From Dehalococcoidia bacterium (GTDB taxonomy: Bacteria; Chloroflexota; Dehalococcoidia; UBA2979): DNA of 64,000 nucleotides. A program made the position numbers and the translations under genes. The stretch's first letter is position 1, and each line of letters starts with the position of its first letter. The notes under the pieces were generated by a model, which did no database searches, was not told where the DNA came from, and saw nothing but the letters and a program-made list of their open reading frames with translations. This document shows positions 51,648 through 60,064 of the stretch, in pieces. Where the stretch lies: NCBI GenBank assembly GCA_009692765.1, contig SHYQ01000001.1, forward strand, positions 29,096 to 93,095, given 5' to 3'.

Positions 51648-51674
51648 CCGGGGCATTCTAGCGGGTCGCGCGCT

Positions 51675-51688
51675 AGAACGCACGTTCG
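51675..51688. promoter_or_regulatory. LexA (SOS) box upstream of nurA-herA-sbcD-sbcC
   Basis: Minus strand CGAAC-GTGC-GTTCT, 14 nt upstream of a TAGAAT -10 (51660-51655), which lies 7 nt before the nurA ATG. Confidence 0.85.
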
Positions 51689-51734
51689 GCTGGCGAGCGG
51701 GCCAGACGAGCCGCGGGTGCGCCTCGCGCGGGCG

Positions 51735-51990
51735 CTACCTCGCACCGGTCGCGCTTCCGCGCAGGCCCATGGTGTGCACGGCGATCGCCAGCAGCAGCGT
51801 CGCGCCGAGGATCGGCGTGAACGTCCGCTTGAGCATCGCCTCCTCCAGCAGCAGCGCCGCCACGAACCCGCTGATCCCGATGGTGACGCCCCAGAAGATC
51901 ACGTGGTCGATCCAGGCGGGCCGCGCGCGCTCCGAGAGCAGTGCCGCGAACACGAGGACGCGTTGGTCATCACGCCCACGAAGATTGTTG
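51735..51990 (-). pseudogene. C-terminal remnant of a membrane protein gene
   Basis: IFVGVMTNA in one frame continues as VFAALL..WIDHVIFWGVTIGISGFVAALL..LKRTFTPILGATLLLAI in another. No credible start and no room for a full N-terminus. Confidence 0.45.
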
Positions 51991-52124
51991 CGCGACCGAT
52001 AGCGCGCCCCCCGATTTCGCAAGTGACGTCTATCGAAACCGGCCAGTGAGTGGCCGGCGGCGGCGCACGTGACGGCAGGCCCCGCTGACGTACGAGGCGG
52101 CGGGGCCTGCCCCCGGGGGGGGGT

Positions 52125-53390
52125 CTACACGGCGGGAGCACGCCCCGCATCAGGCTCCGCAGGCTGGCCGGCATCGATCGGGCCGGTCTCCGGCATCGCC
52201 CACGCGCACGCGGCTAGCGCTGGCGCCAGCGCGCAGGCGATGGCGAGGCCGGGGGTGAACGATCCGGTGAGGTCGCGCAGGTACCCGACCAGCAGCGGCA
52301 CGACGAACCCGGCGAGGTTAGCCGCGCCCAGCACCATCGCCACCGCGATCCCGACACGGGCGGCGTTCATGCCCGGGAGCTCCATCGGGATCGTGAAGAC
52401 CACCGGCATGAAGACCCAGCCGACGATGCCCAGCAGCAGGATGCTGGGGATCAGCAGCAGCGGCAGGTCGATCGCGGTCGCCCCGGCGGCGAACAGCGGG
52501 ATGCCGAGGCCCCCGGCGATCAGGAACGGACGTCGCCGCGGGATACGCACGGGCAGCGTCGATCCGATGAGCGCGCCGAGGATACCGAAGAACGAGAGCA
52601 GCCCGCTGATCGTCCCCGCCTGCTCCAACGAGTAGCCCCGTTGCTCGTGGTAGAACGTCGGCAGCCACGACTGGAGCGAGATAAAGGCGCCGAGCGCGCC
52701 CGCCAGGCCGATCGACAGCAGCACCACGACGCGGCTCCGGGCCACCGCGACGAGGTCGCCGAGCGTGAAGTTCGCCGCCGCGCCCGAGGCCTCGGCGGGC
52801 GTCCGGCCGAGCACCAGCCACAACGCGGTCGCCGCCAGTGCCGCCGCGCCGAAGGTGGACAGCGCGCCGTCCCAGCCGAGCGGCCCGGCCAGCCGCGGCC
52901 CGAGCAGCATCGACGTCGTCACCCCGAGGCTCTGGGCGATGACGTTCGCGCCGTTGACGACCGACAGTTCCTTCGTCGGGAACCAGCGCAGCAGCACGCC
53001 GGGAGTCGCGCTGAGGTTGATCGCGGCGCCCAGCGCGAACGAGACGCGCGAGGCGATCAGCAGCGGGAAGGAGCCGGCGAACAGCGAGAGCGCTGTGCAA
53101 CCCATGAGCACGCCGCCGAGGACCAGCGACCACCGCGACCCCAGCCGCGCCGCGAGCAGGCTCGCCGGGACGAGGGCGAGCGCCACCGCAAGCGAGGTGA
53201 CGCCGACCAGCAGGCTCACCGTGGCGTTGTCGACCGCGAACGCCTCGATGATCAGTGGGAACAGCGGCGCGACCGCAAGGAAACTCAGGCCCATCGCGAA
53301 CTGGAGCAGCAGGATCGAGGCTTCGATGACCCAGCGGTAGGAGCGCGCGTCGGTCGCTTCGGCGGCCTCGGTTGTTGGGGTATGTGTCAC
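52125..53390 (-). CDS. MFS transporter
   Basis: About 12 TM segments; LAARLGSR, RWFP.KE and WLPTFY. Confidence 0.88.
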   Translation of the reverse strand: MTHTPTTEAAEATDARSYRWVIEASILLLQFAMGLSFLAVAPLFPLIIEAFAVDNATVSLLVGVTSLAVALALVPASLLAARLGSRWSLVLGGVLMGCTALSLFAGSFPLLIASRVSFALGAAINLSATPGVLLRWFPTKELSVVNGANVIAQSLGVTTSMLLGPRLAGPLGWDGALSTFGAAALAATALWLVLGRTPAEASGAAANFTLGDLVAVARSRVVVLLSIGLAGALGAFISLQSWLPTFYHEQRGYSLEQAGTISGLLSFFGILGALIGSTLPVRIPRRRPFLIAGGLGIPLFAAGATAIDLPLLLIPSILLLGIVGWVFMPVVFTIPMELPGMNAARVGIAVAMVLGAANLAGFVVPLLVGYLRDLTGSFTPGLAIACALAPALAACAWAMPETGPIDAGQPAEPDAGRAPAV

Positions 53391-53574
53391 AGGCTCCCCC
53401 TCGTGCTCACCGGCGCACCAGAGCGTTCAGCATCCGGCTCGAGTCGGTAGCCATCATACGGCTCCGCTCCGCTTCGGAGCCGCGCATAGAGAGGTTCAGC
53501 GTGGTACTCGGTTACACTCGGCGAGCGGCGCGGCGGCCGCGCGTCGACCGCGGGCCTATCGATCGGAGCGGCTG

Positions 53575-54093
53575 ATGTCCACGCTCGTCCCGATGCTGAT
53601 TGCGGTGGCGGTCGGGTTGGGGTCGTCGGCGCAGATCGCGCTGATCGGCGGGATGGTGCGCAGCCGCAGCGCGCCCGAGGCGACGTTCACATCGATGATG
53701 GCGACGCTTGCCGGGATCGCGCTCGTGCTCGCGGTTCGCGGGGCACGCGGTGACGCGCCACAGTACTTCGCGCCGCTCGATCGCGGCATCGCGTTCTTTG
53801 CGGTGGCGGTGGTGGCCGGTGTGTTGCTGCTGCTCTCGATGAAGGGGCTGCACCCCGGCTACGCCGTGACGGGCGTGTTCGCCACCGCGTTCCTCTTGGG
53901 CACGGCCGCGCTCGTGCCGAGGCTGGGCGTCGCGCTGTTCTTCGCCGCCACGACCGCCGGGTCGCTGATCGGGGCGCTGGTCTTCGATCAGATCGGCGCG
54001 TTCGGCGCGCAGGCGACGCCGCTGAACCCGCTCCGCCTTGTCGGCGTGATCGCGGTGTTCGGGGGCGTCATCCTGGTGCGCATCGCGCGCTGA
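53575..54093 (+). CDS. DMT-superfamily transporter (YdcZ/DUF606-like)
   Basis: Five TM segments; VPRLGV, LVFDQIGAFG and RLVGV. Confidence 0.8.
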   Translation: MSTLVPMLIAVAVGLGSSAQIALIGGMVRSRSAPEATFTSMMATLAGIALVLAVRGARGDAPQYFAPLDRGIAFFAVAVVAGVLLLLSMKGLHPGYAVTGVFATAFLLGTAALVPRLGVALFFAATTAGSLIGALVFDQIGAFGAQATPLNPLRLVGVIAVFGGVILVRIAR

Positions 54094-54120
54094 CCCGGTC
54101 ACGCGCTTGCGAACGCTCGG

Positions 54121-55101
54121 CTACACGAGTTCGTAGCGGGGCGGGTCTTTCCACATCGCCGACGGGGGGTTCTCCTGCGAGCGGAGCGCGGCGCGGCGGC
54201 GGTCCGCCTCGATCTTCCGCCCCTGCCGGATCACGCGATCCTGCGCGCGCGCGTGCTCCCGGTCGCGCTCGATCTTCTTCTTGCTCGTCGGGCGTCGCGG
54301 CGTGCCGGCGTAGCCCTTGATGCGCCCCTCCTCCTGCAGCTGCGCCAGGTGGCTGCGCACGTTGCCATCGGCCGCGCGGTGCAGGCGGGGGTTCACGTCC
54401 GGGTACATCTCCAGCATGATCTCCCATGAGGTGCGCGGTTTGCCTCCGGCGAGCGCCTTCAGCACCTGTTGCTCGCGCTGGTTGCGGTGGCTGATGTACA
54501 TCTGCAGACGCTCGCGCGGGTCATTGACGATCTGTCCGTGGCCGGGGCAGATCACCTTGAGGTTGGGGAGCGCGGCCAGCCGCTGGAGGCTCCGGCGGTA
54601 CGGGCCAAGGTCGTGCACCGTCGTGGTGGAGGAGCCGAGCAGCGTGTCCCCGGTGAACAGCACGCCCTCTTCCTCGAGGTAGTACGACATCGAGTCGACG
54701 CTGTGGCCGGGCGTGGCGATCACCTGCACGCGGACGCCGCCGCCGAGGTCGATGACGTCGCCGTCTTGCAGCGTCTCGACCTTCGCCGGAAGGCGGCCCC
54801 GCAGGAGCGCGCGTCCGTTATGCGGGATGTTCACCTGCGCGCCCAGCAGCTCGTTGACCCACTTCAGGTTGCCCGAGTGGTCCGCGTGGTGGTGGGTGAT
54901 CGTCGCGATCCCGATCTCCGCCTTCTCCGCCGCCGCCAAGTAGCCGCGCAGGAACCACTGGTAGCGCTGCATCGCCTCCCCCGAGTCGATGGTGAGCGAC
55001 TGCCCGCCCTTCGGACCGAGGAGGTAGATCGACGTGAAGCCGGGGTGCATCGGGTTTTCGTCCGGGACCATCGCGGCGCGGACGGACGGGCTGATCTGCA
55101 T
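54121..55101 (-). CDS. MBL-fold metallohydrolase (LACTB2-like, with C-terminal winged helix)
   Basis: THHHADHSG, TPGHS, LFTGD, CPGHG, HRNQREQQV and HLAQLQEEGRI. Confidence 0.88.
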   Translation of the reverse strand: MQISPSVRAAMVPDENPMHPGFTSIYLLGPKGGQSLTIDSGEAMQRYQWFLRGYLAAAEKAEIGIATITHHHADHSGNLKWVNELLGAQVNIPHNGRALLRGRLPAKVETLQDGDVIDLGGGVRVQVIATPGHSVDSMSYYLEEEGVLFTGDTLLGSSTTTVHDLGPYRRSLQRLAALPNLKVICPGHGQIVNDPRERLQMYISHRNQREQQVLKALAGGKPRTSWEIMLEMYPDVNPRLHRAADGNVRSHLAQLQEEGRIKGYAGTPRRPTSKKKIERDREHARAQDRVIRQGRKIEADRRRAALRSQENPPSAMWKDPPRYELV

Positions 55102-55269
55102 GGCGGCCTCGCACTCCACAGGCAACATGACGGATCGGCTCTCCGGTGCGGCCACCCGGGCCGAGCGTCACGGGCGGAGCATAACGGATCGCCGGGCCGC
55201 GGGCGCGCCGCTCCGGCCGCCCCTTCCCGAGGCGAGCGTTCCGAGGCGAGAGATTGGCGAGATCGTCTG

Positions 55270-57372
55270 GTGTTTGCTGCTCGCGCATCGCGCGCATCTC
55301 GCGCGAGGGGATACATTCGGTTAAGGTGTCTACGCAAGTGCGGGACTGGACGGGAGTTCACCACGCGCCGCGCCACCGCCTACCTCCCCGCTGTCGACGG
55401 CCTGCGGGCGATCGCGATCGCGGCCGTCTTCGTGTACCACGCGCACAGCGGGTGGCTGCCCGGCGGCTTCCTTGGCGTTGACCTCTTCTTTGCGATCAGC
55501 GGCTTCCTGATCACCCGCGCGCTGCTCGCGGAGCATGACCGCAGCGGTCGTGTGGACCTGCGCCGGTTCTGGATCCGTCGCGCCCGCCGCCTGCTGCCCG
55601 CGGCGATCGTCTTCATCTTCGTGCTGCTTGCCGTGGCGCAGGCGTTCTTTCCCGCGGACCTGCACGCCCTGCGCGGTGTGGCGCTCGCGGCGGTGGGCTA
55701 CGGCACGAACTGGTACCTGATCTTCAGCGAAGAGTCCTACTTCGAGGTGATCGGCCGGCCGCGATTGCTCCAGCACCTCTGGTCGCTCGCCGTCGAGGAG
55801 CAGTTCTACCTCATCTGGCCGCTGATCCTCGTGCTTGCGCTCCGCATCGTGCCGCGCTCCGTCGCGTTCGGCGGCACGATGCTGCTGGGCCTCGCCTCCG
55901 CGGTGCTCATGGCCGTGATGTACCGCGGCGGCGCGGATGCGTCGCGCCTGTACTACGGGACCGACACGCACGCTGTCGGGCTGCTGCTGGGCGCGGCGCT
56001 GGCGTTCATCGAGCCGGCGTACGGGACGCACGAAGGACGTCGGTTTGCCGGCGCCGCGCAGGCGGGGGGCGTCGCCGCGCTGGGCGTGACGCTGTTCCTG
56101 TTCTGGTGGCTCGCCGAGTGGCGTCCGTTCCTCTACCAGGGGGGCTTCGTGCTGGCCGCGGTCGTCAGCGCGGTGCTCATCGTCGCGGCGTCCGTGCGAG
56201 GGGCGTTCGCGCGCGTCGTCGGCAGCGGCGCGTTCCGCTGGGTGGGTGTGCGCTCCTACAGCATCTATCTCTGGCACCCGGCGGTGCTGGGCACCGCCGC
56301 TGCCGCCCGCCTCGAACTGCCGCCGCCGGTGCTCGCGGCGCTGGCGGCGATCGCGACGATGGTCGTCGCCGACCTGTCGTTCCGGTACGTCGAGACTCCG
56401 GTCCGCAGCGGCGCCGTGGTGCGCGCGATCGAGGAGTTCCGCCGGCTGCGTCGCGATACGCGTTGGGCGGTCGGCGGGGCCGCGTCGCTGGCCTGCTGCG
56501 CCGTGATCATCGGCGTCGTGGCCGCTCCGCCGCCGGCCGCGCCGGCGTATCTCGCGGTACCGGCGATCAGCGGCGTGCTCACCGCACCTCTTCCCAGCGA
56601 CGCGGCGGCGGGTGCGCCCTCGTGGGTGGTGCCGCGCGATACCGTCGGGGGATCCTCGGTCGAGGCGGTGTCGCGTTTAGTGGTCCCGGTCCGCACACCG
56701 GGGGCCGGTCTGACGGTCAGCAGCCTGAGCGCCGTGGTCACGGCCCCGCCCGCGGCCAGCGGCCCTCCGATTGCAGCACCGGCAACGCCCATCGTCGCCT
56801 CGCCTCCCGCGCCGGCTCCTGTCAACTCGTCCGTGCTCGCGATCGGCGACTCGGTGATGCTCGGCGCGGCGCACGGCCTTGCCCGCGCGTTCGGGACGAT
56901 CGAGGTTGATGCGGCGATCGGGCGCGATTTCTGGACGACGCTCCGCATGCTGCGCGAGCGCCACTCCTCCGGCCTGCTGCCGGCGACCGTCATCGTGCAG
57001 GTGGGCAACAACGGTCCGATTACCCGCCCGCAGATGGACGAGATCATGCAGACCCTCGCGGGGACGCAGCGCGTCGTGATCGTCGACCTGCACGTGCCAC
57101 GGCCGTGGGAGGCGTCGAACAACGCGGTCCTCGCGGATGCCGTGTCGCGGTACCCGAACGCGCGTCTCGTTGCCTGGCACGGCGCCAGTGATTCGCGCGC
57201 GGAGCTCTTCTGGGACGACATGCACCTGCGCACCGAGGGCATCAACCTGTATGTGAGCCTGATCGCCGCGCAGGCCGCGCAGGCCGCGCAGGCCGCGCAG
57301 GCCGCGCAGGTCGCGCAGGTCGCGCAGGTCGCGCAGGCCATGCAGGCTGCGGTGACCGCGGATGCGGGGTAG
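55270..57372 (+). CDS. OatA-like O-acyltransferase (acyltransferase-3 plus SGNH domain); start uncertain
   Basis: DGLRAIA, GGFLGVDLFFAISGFLIT, RRARRLLP, HLWSLAVEEQFY and YYGTDT; SGNH motifs GDSV, GNNG and DDMH. Confidence 0.9.
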   Translation: MFAARASRASRARGYIRLRCLRKCGTGREFTTRRATAYLPAVDGLRAIAIAAVFVYHAHSGWLPGGFLGVDLFFAISGFLITRALLAEHDRSGRVDLRRFWIRRARRLLPAAIVFIFVLLAVAQAFFPADLHALRGVALAAVGYGTNWYLIFSEESYFEVIGRPRLLQHLWSLAVEEQFYLIWPLILVLALRIVPRSVAFGGTMLLGLASAVLMAVMYRGGADASRLYYGTDTHAVGLLLGAALAFIEPAYGTHEGRRFAGAAQAGGVAALGVTLFLFWWLAEWRPFLYQGGFVLAAVVSAVLIVAASVRGAFARVVGSGAFRWVGVRSYSIYLWHPAVLGTAAAARLELPPPVLAALAAIATMVVADLSFRYVETPVRSGAVVRAIEEFRRLRRDTRWAVGGAASLACCAVIIGVVAAPPPAAPAYLAVPAISGVLTAPLPSDAAAGAPSWVVPRDTVGGSSVEAVSRLVVPVRTPGAGLTVSSLSAVVTAPPAASGPPIAAPATPIVASPPAPAPVNSSVLAIGDSVMLGAAHGLARAFGTIEVDAAIGRDFWTTLRMLRERHSSGLLPATVIVQVGNNGPITRPQMDEIMQTLAGTQRVVIVDLHVPRPWEASNNAVLADAVSRYPNARLVAWHGASDSRAELFWDDMHLRTEGINLYVSLIAAQAAQAAQAAQAAQVAQVAQVAQAMQAAVTADAG
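57265..57345 (+). repeat. In-frame 9-bp tandem repeat (VNTR) at the acyltransferase 3' end
   Basis: 5x GCCGCGCAG, 3x GTCGCGCAG and 1x GCCATGCAG, encoding (AAQ)5(VAQ)3AMQ. Confidence 0.95.
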
Positions 57373-57696
57373 CGCTAGGCAGCGCGGGTGCGCCCTACTC
57401 GCTCCAGGTCGGATGACGTGTTACGGTAGTTTCACGGTCCGAGGATCGCCGGGTAGTCCGGGATCTCGTTTGCAGACCTCCAACCGCACACCGCCTGCGA
57501 GCCCGGAGCCCGGCGGCACCAGCGACCCACGCTGGCGACCCAGCACGACGTGGACGGCACTGAGCAGCGTTCCCCGGTCGCAGACCACTCGGTCTCAGGC
57601 CGAATGCGCGCCCGTTCCACGTTCCTCCGCGGCAACACGACCGGCTCAATGGCGCTCAGCCAGTACGGCCCATTCCGAACTCGGAGAACCATCCGC

Positions 57697-59181
57697 TTGC
57701 CTTTTTTTGACCGCCGAAGCGCGACCGACACGACCCGTACGACCGATGCGGTCGCCACCACCCCCGTCCGACCCGCCGTCATGGTGGATGACGAGGATCT
57801 CGCCACCGTGACCTTCGAGGCGCTCGGCGTCCCCCACGACCTCGTGGAGGTGCTGAACGACCGCGGGATCACCGCGCCGTTCCCGATCCAGGTGCTCACC
57901 ATCCCGGAGGCGCTCGCCGGCCGCGACGTCAGCGGCAAGGCGAAGACCGGGTCCGGCAAGACGCTCGCCTTCGGCCTGCCGCTCGTGGAGCGCACGAAGA
58001 CCGCGAAGCGCCGCCGCCCCGCGTCGATCGTCCTCGTCCCCACGCGCGAACTCGCCAACCAGGTCGCCGACGAGATCGCTCCGCTGGCCAAGGCACGCGG
58101 GCTGTGGATCACCGCGATCTACGGCGGCGTCTCCATGTCGCGCCAGATCAACGCGCTGCACCACGGCGTGGACGTGGTGATCGCCACGCCGGGCCGCCTG
58201 AACGACCTGCTGGAGCGCGGTGAGATGTCCGTCGCGGACGTGCAGTTCGTCGTCATCGACGAGGCCGACCAGATGGCCGACATGGGCTTCTTGCCGCAGG
58301 TCGAGCGCATCCTGAAGCAGATCGAGGGCACGCCCCAGACGCTGCTCTTCTCCGCGACGCTGGACGGCGCCGTGGGCGCGCTCGTCCGCAACTACCAGCG
58401 CGATCCGGTCCGCCACGAGGTCGAGTCCGAGACGATGACCGTGGACAGCCTGGAGCAACGTTTCATCGGCGTCACCAGCGAAGACCGGCTCCCCGTGGCG
58501 GCGCGCATCTGCGCGGGCGCCGCGCGCGCGCTTGTCTTCGTGCGCACCACCCACGGCGCCGACCGCGTCGCGAAGCAGCTTGCGGACGAGGGGCTACGGA
58601 CCGCCGCGATCCACGGCCGCCTGTCGCAGGCGAAGCGCGAGGCCGCCCTCGCGGCCTTCTCCGCCGGGCGGACGCCCGTGCTGGTCGCGACCAACGTCGC
58701 GGCGCGCGGGCTGCATGTGTCCGGCATCGACGTCGTCATCCACTTCGACATCCCGGACGATCACAAGACGTACCTCCACCGCTCCGGCCGCACCGCCCGC
58801 GCCGGCGAGGATGGACTGGTCGTGACGCTGGTCCTGCCGGAGCAGATGCGCGACATCGCGATGATCCAGCGCGACGCCGGCCTCGACCTGGCGATCGTGC
58901 CGATGCGGCCGGACGACAACCGGCTGCTGGACCTCGCCGCGTGGGAAGCGCCGGCCGGCTTGGTGTGGCCGACCCGCGGCAGCGTGCAGCAGTCCGGCCC
59001 CGGCCCCCGCGGCCGCAACCAGCGCAGCAGCGCCCCGCCGCGCAACGCCCCCGGCCGCCCGGCCGGACGGGGCGGCGTGCGTGCCGCAAGCCACGGCGAC
59101 CACGAGGGTGCGCGTCCGGCGTCCCGTGGAGCCTCGGACGGACGGCAGGCCGTCGTGTTCGCTCGCCGGCGTCCGTTCTAG
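57697..59181 (+). CDS. DEAD-box RNA helicase
   Basis: Q motif PFPIQ, AKTGSGKT, PTRELA, TPGRL, DEAD, SAT, ARGL and HRSGRTAR; basic Gly/Arg-rich tail. Start either TTG 57697 (GGAGA RBS) or ATG 57781. Confidence 0.94.
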   Translation: MPFFDRRSATDTTRTTDAVATTPVRPAVMVDDEDLATVTFEALGVPHDLVEVLNDRGITAPFPIQVLTIPEALAGRDVSGKAKTGSGKTLAFGLPLVERTKTAKRRRPASIVLVPTRELANQVADEIAPLAKARGLWITAIYGGVSMSRQINALHHGVDVVIATPGRLNDLLERGEMSVADVQFVVIDEADQMADMGFLPQVERILKQIEGTPQTLLFSATLDGAVGALVRNYQRDPVRHEVESETMTVDSLEQRFIGVTSEDRLPVAARICAGAARALVFVRTTHGADRVAKQLADEGLRTAAIHGRLSQAKREAALAAFSAGRTPVLVATNVAARGLHVSGIDVVIHFDIPDDHKTYLHRSGRTARAGEDGLVVTLVLPEQMRDIAMIQRDAGLDLAIVPMRPDDNRLLDLAAWEAPAGLVWPTRGSVQQSGPGPRGRNQRSSAPPRNAPGRPAGRGGVRAASHGDHEGARPASRGASDGRQAVVFARRRPF

Positions 59182-59214
59182 CATGAGGCGCTGCGCGTAC
59201 GCGCCGAAGCACGA

Positions 59215-59246
59215 CGACAACGCCGCCCGCGAGGGCGGCGTTGTCG
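59215..59246. terminator. Strong hairpin between convergent genes (probable terminator)
   Basis: CGACAACGCCGCCC-GCGA-GGGCGGCGTTGTCG: 14-bp perfect stem with a GNRA loop. Confidence 0.75.
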
Positions 59247-59277
59247 CGTGTCGCAGCCGGAGTCGCCGTGCGGTGTG

Positions 59278-60006
59278 CTAGCGGAAGGCGCCGATGATCG
59301 AGACTGCGCCCATGAGCACGAGCAGCCCCATCGACAGCAGCCGGAACCAGGAATCGGACAGCCGCGGGCGAATGTAACGCCCGCCATACAGCGCGATCAC
59401 GACCACCGGCAGTCCCGCCACGGCGTGCGCGAGCGTATCCAGCGTCACGACCCCGCTTCCCGTGGCGAACACCGCGCCGGTGATGCCGGTGAGCGCGAAG
59501 TACGCCAGGAGCCGCCGACGGATCGTCAGCGTCGGCGCGCCGCGCCAGTGCTCGTAGATCACGACCGGCGGGCCGCCCATGCTGGTGGCGCCGCGCATGA
59601 CGCCCGAGAGCACGCCGACGCCGAGGGTGGTGGGGAGATGCTCCGGGCGCTCGGCGGCGGGGTGCGACGTCACGAACGTGCCGATCACGGAGGCGAGAAC
59701 GGCGATGCCGATGCCAACGCGCAGCACTCGCTCGTCCGCGACGGCGAGGACGTACACGCCGATCGGGGTCACCGCCGTGGCCGCCAGGAACATCGGCAGC
59801 ACGCTGCGCAGCGGGGCGCGCGGCGGGTCGTCGAGGTAGAGCACGAGCGAGAGCGCCATGCCGAGGATCATCGATAGCGCGATCGCCTCCCGCGCGCCCA
59901 TCGCCAGCGACAGCAGCGGCGTGAAGATGACGGCGAACCCGAAGCCGACGACCGCCTGCATCAACGCGGCAAACGCGGCGATGACGATGATGATCACGAA
60001 CTCCAC
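59278..60006 (-). CDS. TauE/SafE sulfite exporter family protein
   Basis: GFGF..PLL, SMGGPPVVIY and about eight TM segments. GGAGG before GTG 60006. Confidence 0.87.
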   Translation of the reverse strand: MEFVIIIVIAAFAALMQAVVGFGFAVIFTPLLSLAMGAREAIALSMILGMALSLVLYLDDPPRAPLRSVLPMFLAATAVTPIGVYVLAVADERVLRVGIGIAVLASVIGTFVTSHPAAERPEHLPTTLGVGVLSGVMRGATSMGGPPVVIYEHWRGAPTLTIRRRLLAYFALTGITGAVFATGSGVVTLDTLAHAVAGLPVVVIALYGGRYIRPRLSDSWFRLLSMGLLVLMGAVSIIGAFR

Positions 60007-60064
60007 ATGGCCCTCCTCCGCCAGTCGCGGGCGTGCCACATTCTGGCTTCGCCCTGCGCCCTCG

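Noticed and set aside
54469..55269. Long N-terminal extension of the acyltransferase, and similar extensions on menC, menE, herA and sbcD in the ORF track
   Set aside because: The extensions overlap neighbouring real genes and lack motifs. Starts were reassigned using RBS, -10 hexamers and start/stop overlaps.
57265..57345. Tandem repeat as a CRISPR array
   Set aside because: The 9-bp units have no spacers, lie in frame inside a CDS, and no cas genes are present.
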